NCBI GenBank assembly: GCA_019057385.1
Contig: JAHQJS010000007.1
Span: forward strand, 480,001 to 544,000
Direction: 5' to 3'
Origin: Candidatus Borrarchaeum weybense
GTDB taxonomy: Archaea; Asgardarchaeota; Sifarchaeia; Borrarchaeales; Borrarchaeaceae
DNA length: 64,000 nt
In this document: positions 21,144-32,483 of the stretch, piece after piece
Layout of the letters: the number at the start of each line of letters is the position of its first letter
How positions within the stretch are numbered: the stretch's first letter is position 1
Translations under genes and position numbers: made by a program
Notes under the pieces: model-generated
Databases searched by the model: none
What the model saw: the letters and a program-made list of their open reading frames with translations, nothing else
What the model was told of the DNA's origin: nothing

Positions 21144-22508
21144 ATGAGAGGTCAAAAATTAACTGTGGGAATTGTCAGCACAAATAAATTTCTTACTAAT
21201 ATCGTAAAAGAAATTTTACACCACCTAGGTATATCCTTTGAGGAAATAGACAACAAGACTCCAGTTAATTTCCCTTGCGTCATTTTACCGGTTCAGAAAG
21301 AAGAAGATTTTTCGATTGCCTCCAAATTATGTCAAAACGAGGAAAATATTTTAGTATTTGACAACATATGTTCAATTAAGAGTTTTTGTTTGGCATTGGG
21401 GGGCTTTTTAGATCAAGGTCAAATTGCAAATAGATCTATTGAACCCAAATTAAGTGTTATTGAATTTAAATTGCTAGAGAATATTAAAGATTGCTTTTTT
21501 AGACTGGATCTTCCTTTAATCAGAAAATGGTATTGGCCAAGTTTTACAGACGCTTGCTTTGTGGTTACCCATGATATTGATTCTTTAGATCCAATTCTTC
21601 GATTTTCAGAATTAAAAGGGAAAATTGGTCTCAATTGGTTAAAATTTATTTTTAATTTCATACGAAAAAGAACAGGTCAGGAAATATTCAAACTTGTACG
21701 TGAAGAGAATAGAAGACAGATCAAATCAACTTTCCTTTTTTTTCCAGATTATGGAAAAGATCATAACAAATTTTTAGCTATTCTTGATCTCTTAAAACGG
21801 ATGAACTTTGAAATAGGCTTACATGCTTCTGAGTTCTCTTATTGCAACCAAAACATACTCGAGAACGAAAAGAAACAACTAGAAGAACTTGTTGATTCTG
21901 ATCTTAAAGGCATTAGACAACATCAATTAAACTTTCTTCCACCATTTACTTGGAGATATCAAGAAAAGATTGGTTTTAATTACGATTTATCATTTTCACA
22001 TAACATTGATTTTGGTTTTAGAAGTGACATATGCTTTCCTTACCATCCAATTGACATTATTGAGAAAAAAAGATTTAATCTAATAGAAATACCAACATCT
22101 TTTATGGATTGGACAGCCCTTTACAAAGATATAAACTACGATGAGATCTGGAGCATCCTAATGAAGTTAGATGATACTATTGAAAAACTTCATGGGTGTT
22201 TTGTGGTTAATTTTCACAATTCATATCAAAATCAGAATTTCCCCTTAATTGAAAGGCTTTATTCTCAATTATTGGATCATGTAACTAAGAAGAATTATTG
22301 GATCACTACTGCTGGAGAATGTACTTCATGGTGGCTAAAAAGAGAGAAGACAGAGTTAAGTGCCTTTTTTCTTAAAAACACAATAAAAGGGAATATTTCT
22401 TCTCCTTTACCAATTGTTATCGAAACAACTGACGAAATCATTAAGTTAGATCTAAAGAAAACTAGTTTTTCAATTAAGTTGAATGATAATGTTAATAATC
22501 CAAAATAA
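21144..22508 (+). CDS. Polysaccharide deacetylase (CE4-like)
   Basis: THDID; EIGLH; GIRQH; YD.S; NFHN. Confidence 0.85.
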   Translation: MRGQKLTVGIVSTNKFLTNIVKEILHHLGISFEEIDNKTPVNFPCVILPVQKEEDFSIASKLCQNEENILVFDNICSIKSFCLALGGFLDQGQIANRSIEPKLSVIEFKLLENIKDCFFRLDLPLIRKWYWPSFTDACFVVTHDIDSLDPILRFSELKGKIGLNWLKFIFNFIRKRTGQEIFKLVREENRRQIKSTFLFFPDYGKDHNKFLAILDLLKRMNFEIGLHASEFSYCNQNILENEKKQLEELVDSDLKGIRQHQLNFLPPFTWRYQEKIGFNYDLSFSHNIDFGFRSDICFPYHPIDIIEKKRFNLIEIPTSFMDWTALYKDINYDEIWSILMKLDDTIEKLHGCFVVNFHNSYQNQNFPLIERLYSQLLDHVTKKNYWITTAGECTSWWLKREKTELSAFFLKNTIKGNISSPLPIVIETTDEIIKLDLKKTSFSIKLNDNVNNPK

Positions 22509-22512
22509 TATT

Positions 22513-23772
22513 TCATTGAATCGAATTAGTTCGGGCTTCGTTTTTTAAATTCAAGATTTGGTAATAACAACGGATATATTCATCTGCGATCGCTGACCAT
22601 TCGTACTTCTTAATTACTTCTTTCGAATTTACTGCGATACGCGTTCGTAACTCTTCATTTTCCCAAAGTTCAACGATTCTTTTCCCAATTTCATCAGGAT
22701 TCAAAGACACTAAGACACCATTTATGTTGTCTTTTATTACTTCTTTAAAGTCACCTACATCTGGTGCTATAACGGGTTTTCCTGCTGCTAATGCCTCAAA
22801 TAAGGTAACTCCAAAAGATTTTGAACGGTATGGAAGTATGCAGAAATCTGCGCCTTTGATATATGACAATGTTTTTTCGTGACTTAGCTCACCAAAATCT
22901 TTTAAATTTTTGATCTTTAGTCTCTTTATTAGATTAGAAACGTCAACATCAGATTCTGACCCAATAAGGTACATTTTAGCTGTTGGAATTTTTTGTTCAA
23001 TTCTTTTAAATGCTTTTAATGCGATATCTGTCCCTTTTATCTTAGAATAAAGTCCTACAAATAATATAGAGGGATCTCCTTCTAAATTAATTTTTGGAAC
23101 GTCTTTGAACAAACTTAGATCTATACCAAAAGGAATAACTTTAACATTTTTTTCTGAAAGTTTTTCTTTCTTGATTATTTTTTGTAAAGTACTAGAATAT
23201 ATTGTCTTTAAATTGTAAAATTTCCAAGAAACTTTGAAAGCAATAATACTCAAATATATTAGAAATTTAAATAATTTGTTGCGTTCAGCATCCGTAGCAT
23301 TATAAAAAGGACCTCCTTTTAGAAAATTTTTGCACCCTATCAAATTATAATCGTAGCAAGAAAGTACCGTCTTCCTTCCTCGAAGTTTTGCAAGAAGTGG
23401 ATATAAAAAAAAGAATTCACTTAATCCCGTTGTTTTAAAATGAAGAATGTCATAATTTCTAGATAAAATAGGCTTAATTTGTTTAAAAAAGAGCTTTATA
23501 GTCCTAAATATTGCCAATCTAATTGGATTTCTCCATTTATCTAATGACGTGTCTATTATGGGATTTATTTTAAGTTTCTTGATCTTATTTTCTTCTATAT
23601 GTTTCTGAACTTTTTTTAAAGAAATAGATGGGTCAATCTTAAAAATAATTTCAACATGATGACCTTTCTTTGCTAAAAACCTTGGAAGAAAATATGTGAG
23701 ATGGGAGATTCCGCCAACATTAAACGGAAATGAAGAATCCGAGTACATAAGGATATTTAGCCGCTTTTTCAT
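22513..23772 (-). CDS. GT4 glycosyltransferase
   Basis: IPFGID; SFGVTLFEALAAGKP; paralogue of 11705..12883. Confidence 0.9.
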   Translation of the reverse strand: MKKRLNILMYSDSSFPFNVGGISHLTYFLPRFLAKKGHHVEIIFKIDPSISLKKVQKHIEENKIKKLKINPIIDTSLDKWRNPIRLAIFRTIKLFFKQIKPILSRNYDILHFKTTGLSEFFFLYPLLAKLRGRKTVLSCYDYNLIGCKNFLKGGPFYNATDAERNKLFKFLIYLSIIAFKVSWKFYNLKTIYSSTLQKIIKKEKLSEKNVKVIPFGIDLSLFKDVPKINLEGDPSILFVGLYSKIKGTDIALKAFKRIEQKIPTAKMYLIGSESDVDVSNLIKRLKIKNLKDFGELSHEKTLSYIKGADFCILPYRSKSFGVTLFEALAAGKPVIAPDVGDFKEVIKDNINGVLVSLNPDEIGKRIVELWENEELRTRIAVNSKEVIKKYEWSAIADEYIRCYYQILNLKNEARTNSIQ

Positions 23773-23925
23773 TCAATAAAACCTCAATATAACAATCTAA
23801 ATCCACTTGATTTATCTTAAAAGATTTGAATTTTCTTTAAAAAAAAGAGTATCCTCAGTTATTAAAACTTTAATGATTCCTGAGAAATTATAAGAATTAT
23901 CTTGAATTAAGATCATAATGTAATA

Positions 23926-25152
23926 ATGAGATTTAAATCCTTAGAGACTTCAATTGGTGGTTTCATTTTGAAAATACTGATTTACGCAGATACGTATTTC
24001 CCTACTTATGTAGGGGGAGGAGAAATTTTTTTGGATAAATTGACTAAAGAATTAGTAAAAAGAGGTTTTGATTTTCTTTTAATTACTAACAAACTAGAAC
24101 AGAATGTAAAACGTAGTGAACGAGATAATGGTCTAACGATTTTACGTGTACCTCCTGAATCATTCTATATTCCCAAATCACTTCTAAAGAAGGCCTTTTT
24201 TCAAATTAAAAAATTAATCCGTGAAATACTCAAATTTTTCGTTTTCTTTATTCAATTTCTTAATTATAAACCACATATTTTCTTCATTAACGGACCTACT
24301 ATAACGGTTCTTCCCTCTATTTTGCCGATCTCTTCTAAAATAAAAGCATGGAAACTTATTAAAAGAATCTTTTCACCTTTTACCGTTGTAATCTGCCATG
24401 CTCTCACAAGGCCCTATGGAAGTTTTCTAGAACAAGATTTGAGTGATTTTCGTGAAGCGGATATTTTAGTTTACGTCGATAAGTGGATGGAACCCTATTT
24501 GAAAAATATTCCAAAAATTTGGATACCTAATGGTGTAGACACTAATCTTTTTTCTCCAAGTCCCCTTCAATATTCTCATAAGATATTATCAGTAGGCAGA
24601 CTTTGTCATGATAGAGGAACCGATCTTCTGTTGAATGCGATTCCTAATTTAGTTAAGAGGTTTCCTGATATTAAGGTTCAACTTATTGGGTGGGGAGATC
24701 TGCAAATATATAAAAAAATTGTTAAAAATCTAAAAATTAGCGATAATGTGGAATTTATGGGGAAAATTCCGAATGAGGAACTTATAGACTATTATAGAGA
24801 TGCATACATTGTCGTAAACGCTGCAAGAGTAAGAGGGATACACATAGCCACATTAGAAGCAATGGCTTGTGGCAGAGCATGCATAAAATCCTATTATAAA
24901 CCAGATCATAAAATCATTGAAGATCTTAAGAATGGTTTTTTATTTAATGGCGAAGATGTTGCAGAATTAGTCAATAAAATTGAATTTAGTTTTGATAACT
25001 ATAATTTGGTCAAAAAAATATCTGCAAAAGCACGAGAAAAAGCTGAAAAGTTTAGTTTCACCACAAATGCACTAAAGTATGAAAACTTGTTTAATAAAAT
25101 TGCTAAATACATTCTAAGAAATGAAAAAGTTTCACATTTTAGCGAAAATTGA
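23926..25152 (+). CDS. GT4 glycosyltransferase
   Basis: VGGGE; IPNGVD; LEAMACG. Confidence 0.88.
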   Translation: MRFKSLETSIGGFILKILIYADTYFPTYVGGGEIFLDKLTKELVKRGFDFLLITNKLEQNVKRSERDNGLTILRVPPESFYIPKSLLKKAFFQIKKLIREILKFFVFFIQFLNYKPHIFFINGPTITVLPSILPISSKIKAWKLIKRIFSPFTVVICHALTRPYGSFLEQDLSDFREADILVYVDKWMEPYLKNIPKIWIPNGVDTNLFSPSPLQYSHKILSVGRLCHDRGTDLLLNAIPNLVKRFPDIKVQLIGWGDLQIYKKIVKNLKISDNVEFMGKIPNEELIDYYRDAYIVVNAARVRGIHIATLEAMACGRACIKSYYKPDHKIIEDLKNGFLFNGEDVAELVNKIEFSFDNYNLVKKISAKAREKAEKFSFTTNALKYENLFNKIAKYILRNEKVSHFSEN

Positions 25153-25337
25153 AAGAAATGTGCCTTAGATGCAAAACGCCAATCTAGAGATAGCATTACA
25201 TTTAAAAATCTCTTTATTGAGTTTAATTCTTATGTTTTCAATCGTGTAAATATTGAACTTTGAAATAGTCGTAATAAAGAGAAAAACTCATCACGATCTA
25301 AAAATATTTAAGTCTATGATTTTATTTCGCTGATATC

Positions 25338-26894
25338 ATGGATTCAAAAACCCAAAAATCAGACCGCATTGTAAAACATATTTTTAAGGGAACCGCATCT
25401 TCACAAATCCTTCAAATATCGACGATCCTTATCAATATAATATATTCAGTTATTTTATTGCGTTTACTTCCACCTAGAGAAGTAGGTCTTCTAGAGCTAG
25501 CTGGTGCTCCATTTGGGATATTGTTTGTTAGTACAAATCTTGGGCTAGATAGTAGTGTAATTTTTTTCCTTTCAAAATCCAAAAAAAATACAGATTCTTC
25601 GACTACTAAAAATACTATGATTTCAGCTTTTTCTCTGCGGTTCATCATCGTCACTATTAGTGCTTTAGCTATTCTTCTTTTTTCAGAGAGTTTGGCAATT
25701 TTCTACGGAGATCCGCTTATTGAAACTTTATTGAGAATAAAAGCAATTCATTTTTTTATTGTCTCTTTAGAAATCATTCCATGTGCAACTTTCAATGCGT
25801 ATCACAAATACGAATATCCTGTCTATATTTCAGTGTCGACTCTGCTTTTATCTCTGGTTATAGTACCCTCATTAATCACTCTTGGCTTTGGTGTTATAGG
25901 TGCTGCGATTGGTGAATTAATAGCAGGGACTATTTTAACAATTGCTACTTTATTCGTGTGGAGAAAGTTTTTTCCGAAAGATAGTTCAAGTTCTAATTTT
26001 AAAGGTACATCTAAAAAACTATTAGCCTATGGATTGCCATTAGCTGTAGACAATGTTTTTTCTTCGATATCAACAAACTCGGGAAAGCTCATTTTAGGAT
26101 CATTTGGCCCACCTGAATGGATTGCTTATTATTCAGTTGCATACAACATATTTCAGCTTCCTATGAGAGCAGCAGCTACCGCCAGAGTTGCTTTGTTTCC
26201 GACCATGTCTGAACTAGAGAGTGAAAAAGAAATTAATTACTTGGCAAAGACTTTTCGAATGATTATCAACTATTTAGCAATTTTAATTGCCTTTCTCGTC
26301 GGAAGCATCTTAATTCTTGCCGATCCATTCATAATTTTACTCTATACCCAACGTTATTCGACTGCGATATTATTAACACAAATAATGGTAATTGGTAATT
26401 TATTTCGATTTATCGGCATGCCTATCGAAACTTTTCTATTAGCAAAAGGTAAACCAAAAATTATTACAATACGTAGCATGATTACACTGGGAACAACAAT
26501 TTTTCTTGAAATATTGTTAATATCAACTTTTGGCTTGATAGGTGCAAGTATAGCAAAAGTACTTAGTCCATTACCAGCAGTGATATTTTTACTTTTATTT
26601 CTAAAAAGTAGGACAAAACAGGTTAGTATTGACTATAGGTATTTGATAAAGATATATTCAATTTTTACTTCTTCATTTTTAGTTAGTTACTTATTAACAA
26701 GTTCAATTACATATTTTGGAGCATTTGCTCTTTTCCTATTTCTCTTTATATTTTTATCAATAATTCTTCGTGGATTTACAAAACAGGATCTAATCATGCT
26801 AGCCCCCGTATTAGATTTCTTTCCCTATAGGCTTTCTTTATTTATGAGAAAAATTGGTTCGCGTTTTTATTCTATTTTACGCGATGAAAAATAA
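25338..26894 (+). CDS. Oligosaccharide flippase (Wzx/MOP family)
   Basis: Numerous TM helices; RLLPPREVG; AYYSVA. Confidence 0.88.
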   Translation: MDSKTQKSDRIVKHIFKGTASSQILQISTILINIIYSVILLRLLPPREVGLLELAGAPFGILFVSTNLGLDSSVIFFLSKSKKNTDSSTTKNTMISAFSLRFIIVTISALAILLFSESLAIFYGDPLIETLLRIKAIHFFIVSLEIIPCATFNAYHKYEYPVYISVSTLLLSLVIVPSLITLGFGVIGAAIGELIAGTILTIATLFVWRKFFPKDSSSSNFKGTSKKLLAYGLPLAVDNVFSSISTNSGKLILGSFGPPEWIAYYSVAYNIFQLPMRAAATARVALFPTMSELESEKEINYLAKTFRMIINYLAILIAFLVGSILILADPFIILLYTQRYSTAILLTQIMVIGNLFRFIGMPIETFLLAKGKPKIITIRSMITLGTTIFLEILLISTFGLIGASIAKVLSPLPAVIFLLLFLKSRTKQVSIDYRYLIKIYSIFTSSFLVSYLLTSSITYFGAFALFLFLFIFLSIILRGFTKQDLIMLAPVLDFFPYRLSLFMRKIGSRFYSILRDEK

Positions 26895-27159
26895 ATCACG
26901 AGCGCCTAGTAGAATATTTATATTTTACCAATCTTTTTCAACATTCTTATTATTTCTTTGATTCTATTTTTTTCCTCAACTTTCTGATGAAACACAGGAA
27001 AAGAGCTTCGATCTTTTAAATGATCTTTTGCAATACCATCAATATATATCTAATCCATGACTTTTAGTAATCAGATTTATTAAAATCTATAAGATAACTT
27101 ATTTTTAAATAAACTAAATTTTAAATCGAAGTTAACGAGAAATTCATGCGGTGCAATAA

Positions 27160-28491
27160 GTGTTTCAAAAACATATTAATATCCTTATTACCGGAATTAT
27201 GTTACCTCCCCCTTATGGAGGCTTAGCTAAAAGAACTCTAAATCTTGCTAATGTGTGGATTTCAAAAGGGAACCAGGTCCACCTAATAGACATAAATCCC
27301 TCTAGAAATGACTTTATCCTCTCAGGAGTAAATATAAAAGTCCATACATTCGATTACAAAAACAAATATTTCAAAATGATTTTTGCCCTTCTATTTTTAA
27401 TTGTAAAAAATCCAGTTTTCACAGTAAAATTCATCATTGAAGTTCTTGAATATCATCTCAAAAAAAGTTTTGGAATGTCAGGCTGGCAGCCATTTATAAA
27501 CTGTAGTTTTCGTGGCTCTTTATTTTATTCATTAATTTGGGTCAAAGAGATTTATCAGATAGTTAAGAAATATAAGATCAATATAATCACTTCAAATTAT
27601 GCTTTTGAGTACTCAATGCTTTCACTTAAAGTTTCTCAATTAGCAAAAACTCCTATTATAATAACAACATACTCTGAAGGTTTGTTTTGGAAGCTCAATA
27701 AAGATGGAAAGAATATTTCGCCTTACTACTCCCCGCTTTTTAAGAAAGTCTTTAACAAAGCAGATTGGATTATTGCTCCAAGTAAACATTGTATGAAAGC
27801 AGTAAACAGATTTTTAAAGGAAAAGAAACCGACTAGTGTAATTTACTCGCCTATTGATCTTACTCACATACCTGAAACAATTTCAAACAAAAATCAATTG
27901 CGAAATAATATTGGATTTTCTAATAAAAAGATTGTTCTTTTTGTCGGACAATTAAATTGGCGAAAAGGGCCAGATTATGTGATCAAAATCGCCCCTTTAA
28001 TAATTGAAAAGATCCCTAATGTCCTTTTTGTATTTATAGGTCCCGATACAGGAATGCTTAAAAAACTAAAAGGGCTTGCAATATCTCTTGATGTAATTAA
28101 ATACGTAAAATTTATTGGAACAGTTTCTGAAGAAGTATTACAGGACTATATGAGAGTAGCCAATGTTTTAGTTTTTCCATCACTTACTGATAGAGAATGC
28201 ATGGGAATGTCTCTAAAAGAAGCGCAAGCAAATGGAACCCCTGTGATTACATTTGATTCGGGAGGTGCTGCAGAAGCAGTTTTAGATAGAGAGTCAGGAT
28301 TTATAGTTCCTAGGAGAGATTTAAATAAATTATATGAATCAGTAATTTATATTCTTACAGATGAGGTACGTGCTAATAAAATGGGAAGAAAAGCAAGAGA
28401 ATGGGCTTTTAATCAATTCTCTGCTGAAAAAGAGGCTGTCAAGATGCTAAATATTCTTAAGAAGGTATTTCTAAGCAACTTAAATCGCTAA
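27160..28491 (+). CDS. GT4 glycosyltransferase
   Basis: VGQLNWRKG; ECMGMSLKEAQANGTP. Confidence 0.9.
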   Translation: MFQKHINILITGIMLPPPYGGLAKRTLNLANVWISKGNQVHLIDINPSRNDFILSGVNIKVHTFDYKNKYFKMIFALLFLIVKNPVFTVKFIIEVLEYHLKKSFGMSGWQPFINCSFRGSLFYSLIWVKEIYQIVKKYKINIITSNYAFEYSMLSLKVSQLAKTPIIITTYSEGLFWKLNKDGKNISPYYSPLFKKVFNKADWIIAPSKHCMKAVNRFLKEKKPTSVIYSPIDLTHIPETISNKNQLRNNIGFSNKKIVLFVGQLNWRKGPDYVIKIAPLIIEKIPNVLFVFIGPDTGMLKKLKGLAISLDVIKYVKFIGTVSEEVLQDYMRVANVLVFPSLTDRECMGMSLKEAQANGTPVITFDSGGAAEAVLDRESGFIVPRRDLNKLYESVIYILTDEVRANKMGRKAREWAFNQFSAEKEAVKMLNILKKVFLSNLNR

Positions 28492-28527
28492 AAGAACATA
28501 TAAAAAGATACAATGACCTTAACATAA

Positions 28528-29010
28528 GTGAATCTCCTTTTAGAAGGGCAAAGTATGAGAGTACTTGACTTAAGCAAAGAACTGGACAAACTTAAAGCAT
28601 TTTATGATTCCTTAGATGAGGAAAAAAAAACATTTACACTTCCTTGGACTCTCCTTGAGAAGGCTATTATTGTTGTAGTTGAAGAAGATAAGGGAAGGAT
28701 TATTGGGATTTCTGGAATTCGCGACAACTATTTTGCCTTTACATGTATAGAAAAGCAATTTCAAGGAAAAGGAATTGGAACCAAACTGATAAAGGAAAGG
28801 AATAAAATTGTAAAGAAAAATAGAATTGGAATTCTATATGCAACTACACACAAAAATAACATAATCGCTCAGAGATTATTGGAAAAATCAGGATATAATC
28901 TCGTAAAAATTGAAGAAGATATATATCATTATAAACTCTATATTACCATGAAAGCCAAATTACTAAAATTTTTAAGTAAATGGGCCAATAAGATTGGTTT
29001 AAAAACTTGA
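28528..29010 (+). CDS. GNAT N-acetyltransferase
   Basis: FQGKGIG acetyl-CoA motif; N..A..LLEKSGY. Confidence 0.85.
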   Translation: MNLLLEGQSMRVLDLSKELDKLKAFYDSLDEEKKTFTLPWTLLEKAIIVVVEEDKGRIIGISGIRDNYFAFTCIEKQFQGKGIGTKLIKERNKIVKKNRIGILYATTHKNNIIAQRLLEKSGYNLVKIEEDIYHYKLYITMKAKLLKFLSKWANKIGLKT

Positions 29011-29195
29011 TTTTGTTATATAGTAAATCAATTTCAATTCCTTTCACAAGAACTCTTTTGAAAAGCCTACTTGATTGATTTAATCACGTCAACATCTTTA
29101 CGTCTGTATTATCAATATTGTTAACTAAACTTTGCCCCTAGTATATTTGCATAAAAGGACTTCATAACTGCACAAACTTCATTGGAATAAAATGA

Positions 29196-30221
29196 TTATT
29201 TAATTATTTGCGAAGTTCTACTAAAATCATATGCCTTCTCAATTACTTTTAATACATTCAAACCGTCGTTATACGAGATCAATGGAGGTGTATCATCTAA
29301 AATACATCTAACAAAATGTTTTATCTCAAAATAATAAGGATCTAAAGATATTGGTTTTTTTCTAATACAACGTCTAGATAGATTTCTTAAAGAGTGCTTT
29401 AGGTAATGACTCGTCTTTCTAGGATACTCAAGATCCTCTGATGATACACTATTAACGTCACTATATATTTCAACACGATCTGAGTACACAAAAGGATAAA
29501 ATGCAACTTGTAGTATAGCCATACATTTGTTGTATTTTAACACTAATAAAGCATAATCTTCTATGGAATCTGAGTACTGGAAGTCGAGATGAGTGAATTC
29601 TAGTGATTTCATTTCACCAAAAAACCAATTTAACAGGTCAATCATATGACACCCACTGTCGATCAGGACTCCCCCTCCCGCTAATTTTCTATCGAATTTC
29701 CACTCTGCAGGTGCTGCCGTAGGCGATGAAAACGGGCCACCATAAAAATATTGGGCATTACAACTTCTGATTTCTCCTAGTTCCCTCCTATCTAATAATT
29801 CTTTAACAGCATTGTATTTTTTTGAAAATCTGAAATGATACCCTACCATAAACTTTATTCCAGCTTTCTTCGCACTATTCATAATATTTACGGCTTCTTT
29901 AGTATTGCGACCCATTGGTTTTTCGATTAAAGTGTGAAGATTTTGCTCTGATGCTAGTATAGCTGCTTTTTCATGCAAAAAATTAGGTAAACAAATTGAT
30001 AAAGCATCAATGCTTGATTTTTGAATCAAATCCAAAAAATCTTCATAAACTTCCTTAATCCCAAATATTCTTTCAATACGTTTTCTAATGGGTTGTGATT
30101 TATCAGCAAAGGATATTATGTCAACTTCTTCAGATTTTTGATAGTTTATTAAGTGTTGAGTTCCAATCCAGCCCCCACCAATGACACCTACTCTTAACTT
30201 TCTCATAAAACATACACTCAT
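29196..30221 (-). CDS. Gfo/Idh/MocA oxidoreductase
   Basis: GGGWIG; EKP; GGGVLIDSGCH. Confidence 0.92.
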   Translation of the reverse strand: MSVCFMRKLRVGVIGGGWIGTQHLINYQKSEEVDIISFADKSQPIRKRIERIFGIKEVYEDFLDLIQKSSIDALSICLPNFLHEKAAILASEQNLHTLIEKPMGRNTKEAVNIMNSAKKAGIKFMVGYHFRFSKKYNAVKELLDRRELGEIRSCNAQYFYGGPFSSPTAAPAEWKFDRKLAGGGVLIDSGCHMIDLLNWFFGEMKSLEFTHLDFQYSDSIEDYALLVLKYNKCMAILQVAFYPFVYSDRVEIYSDVNSVSSEDLEYPRKTSHYLKHSLRNLSRRCIRKKPISLDPYYFEIKHFVRCILDDTPPLISYNDGLNVLKVIEKAYDFSRTSQIIK

Positions 30222-30361
30222 ATTGATGATTAGTCAAATAAGCAAAAACACTCCTATCGCAATTTATTTTTGCATATACACATAAGAATTTAATTCAAGA
30301 TATCTTTTTGTAGATCTAAGTTTATAAAACTCAATAAAATTGTTCTTTTTTAGGGATAAAA

Positions 30362-31249
30362 TTGACAAAGAGAGATCTAGTTAGCCTGGTTGAAATAAAA
30401 AATGATAACTTGCGTGACGCACTAAATCAGGCGCTCGGTTTAATAGACATAAAAATCAATAAAGCAAATAAGATAGTCATAAAGCCTAATTTATGTTATT
30501 ATTGGCATTCTTCAACTGGAGAAACTACTGATCCTCAGATTGTATCCACATTGATTGATTTTATTAGAGACAATATTGGACATGATTCAGATATTTCAAT
30601 TGTTGAATCAGATGCTACTGCAATGAGGACAAAATATAGTTTCAAATTTTTGGGTTATGAAGATCTAGCAAGAGAAAAAGATGTTAAATTAGTAAATTTA
30701 AGTCAAGATGAGTATAAAATAAAAAAGATAGACGGCTATCATCTCCAAGAAGTGAAAATTCCTGAGACTTTATTAAATGCTGACTATTTCATTTCAGTCC
30801 CAAAATTAAAATTACAGGATCCTTCTCTAACCCCACTAACTTGTGCTCTTAAGAATCAGTTTGGGTGTATCCCTATTCAGAAAAAATCGCAATATCATCC
30901 AGTTTTATCCGAAGTTATTTCAGATGTGAATAGTGTTATATCTCCTAATCTTTGTGTCGTTGATGGCCGAGTTGTTAAGTATAATTCAAAGATTATTCCA
31001 CTAAATTTGATCATAGCGGGAACAAATTCGCTTGCTACTGACATAATAGCGGCAAAAGTGTTAAGACTTAATCCTAAAAAGATCAAATGCATTCATTTGT
31101 ATTCCAAACTTGCTGGAAATACCCAAGTCGAACCTATTGGAACTCCAATCACTTATTTTTCAAATAAGATTCCGAAAAATCAAAGTGGAAGAATATCCAG
31201 AAAATTAAAGAAATTTGCATATCGGATTTATAGATCAATAAACTATTAA
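30362..31249 (+). CDS. DUF362 domain protein
   Basis: IKPNL; TTDP; PKLK; LKNQFG; ATD. Confidence 0.85.
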   Translation: MTKRDLVSLVEIKNDNLRDALNQALGLIDIKINKANKIVIKPNLCYYWHSSTGETTDPQIVSTLIDFIRDNIGHDSDISIVESDATAMRTKYSFKFLGYEDLAREKDVKLVNLSQDEYKIKKIDGYHLQEVKIPETLLNADYFISVPKLKLQDPSLTPLTCALKNQFGCIPIQKKSQYHPVLSEVISDVNSVISPNLCVVDGRVVKYNSKIIPLNLIIAGTNSLATDIIAAKVLRLNPKKIKCIHLYSKLAGNTQVEPIGTPITYFSNKIPKNQSGRISRKLKKFAYRIYRSINY

Positions 31250-31342
31250 TTTTCTTTTGTTTCATCTTTATTCAAGCTCAAAAAGATTAAAAATAGTCAG
31301 ATCAATTATAATTTTTGAATATTTTTTTTGGAGGAGTGATTA

Positions 31343-32236
31343 CTGAATAGTAAATCATTAGAAACAAAGTTTGATATTTCTGTGATAATTCCGACTAAGA
31401 ATTGTAAACGATGGATCGCCCCAAATATAAAAAGTATCCAAGAACAAAAGATAGACAAGAAATTCGAAATTATTGTTGTTGACGATAATTCCACAGATAG
31501 CATGCGTAGATTTTTAAAATTCTTGAATAAAAAATATCCAAATCTTACTCTATGCTTATTAAATAAAAGCAGAGGTTCGTATTACGCTCGAAATATTGGA
31601 GCTAAACAATCATCCGCAGATATTCTTGTTTTTACCGATTGTGATTGTGTAGCAGATGAAAATTGGATGAACAATATAACGTGCCCAATATTTTCAAAAA
31701 AGTACAGTGCAGTTCAAGGAGCTAGCAATATTCCCCTATATAATGGCTTCTGGATTACATTAGAAACTACAAGAGGTGCCCCAAAAGGACCTTTTGTTGA
31801 TACAAAGAATTTTGCCATACGTAAAGAACTTTTTCTGAATTTAGGAGGATTTGATGAGAGATATCTTTTTAGTGGAGATGCCGATTTATGCCTTCGATTT
31901 TTAAAAAAGGGATTCAAAATTGGATTTAGATCAAATGCAATTGTATTCCACTTTTGGACTAATAATCCCTTTAGGTTAATAAAAAAAACTAAATTTTACG
32001 GATTAGGCGACCTACAAATATTCTTTGGACATGAAAAAGAAACTCAGATAAGTCCAATTTTTCTATTTAAGAAGTCAATTCTAATGTTAATCCGTGGTGC
32101 AAAAGAAGCGCTGCGCGCTAGACTGCCAATTCATTCTAGAATAATATATTTCTTTTATTATTATTTCTTTTACATGATAAGAGGCATATATTTCTTTTTA
32201 TATTTTTATAAAGGTTTTTCTCACTTAAAATATTAG
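31343..32236 (+). CDS. GT2 glycosyltransferase
   Basis: DISVIIPTKN, VDDNSTD, ARNIG, FTDCD. Start extended to CTG at 31343 after a GGAGG RBS; in-frame TGA at 31337. Confidence 0.88.
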   Translation: MNSKSLETKFDISVIIPTKNCKRWIAPNIKSIQEQKIDKKFEIIVVDDNSTDSMRRFLKFLNKKYPNLTLCLLNKSRGSYYARNIGAKQSSADILVFTDCDCVADENWMNNITCPIFSKKYSAVQGASNIPLYNGFWITLETTRGAPKGPFVDTKNFAIRKELFLNLGGFDERYLFSGDADLCLRFLKKGFKIGFRSNAIVFHFWTNNPFRLIKKTKFYGLGDLQIFFGHEKETQISPIFLFKKSILMLIRGAKEALRARLPIHSRIIYFFYYYFFYMIRGIYFFLYFYKGFSHLKY

Positions 32237-32483
32237 TAATTCTTACATATTTTGTTCTTAGGTTTCACAAAAGGTGAATCTTCTTTTTCGCTTCAATTTT
32301 GAAGTAATTTCACAAATATATTCTGCAAAAATATACTTAATATATTTGTTTTTTTTATTGCTTTAATTTCTTGATCTTCTGAGGCATTTATTGAATAACA
32401 TTTCTTAAATTTATTAACTTAGAATGCATCATTCTTAAATAAATCAGTGATTATAGAATATCTATACTCTAAGGTGAGTTTCC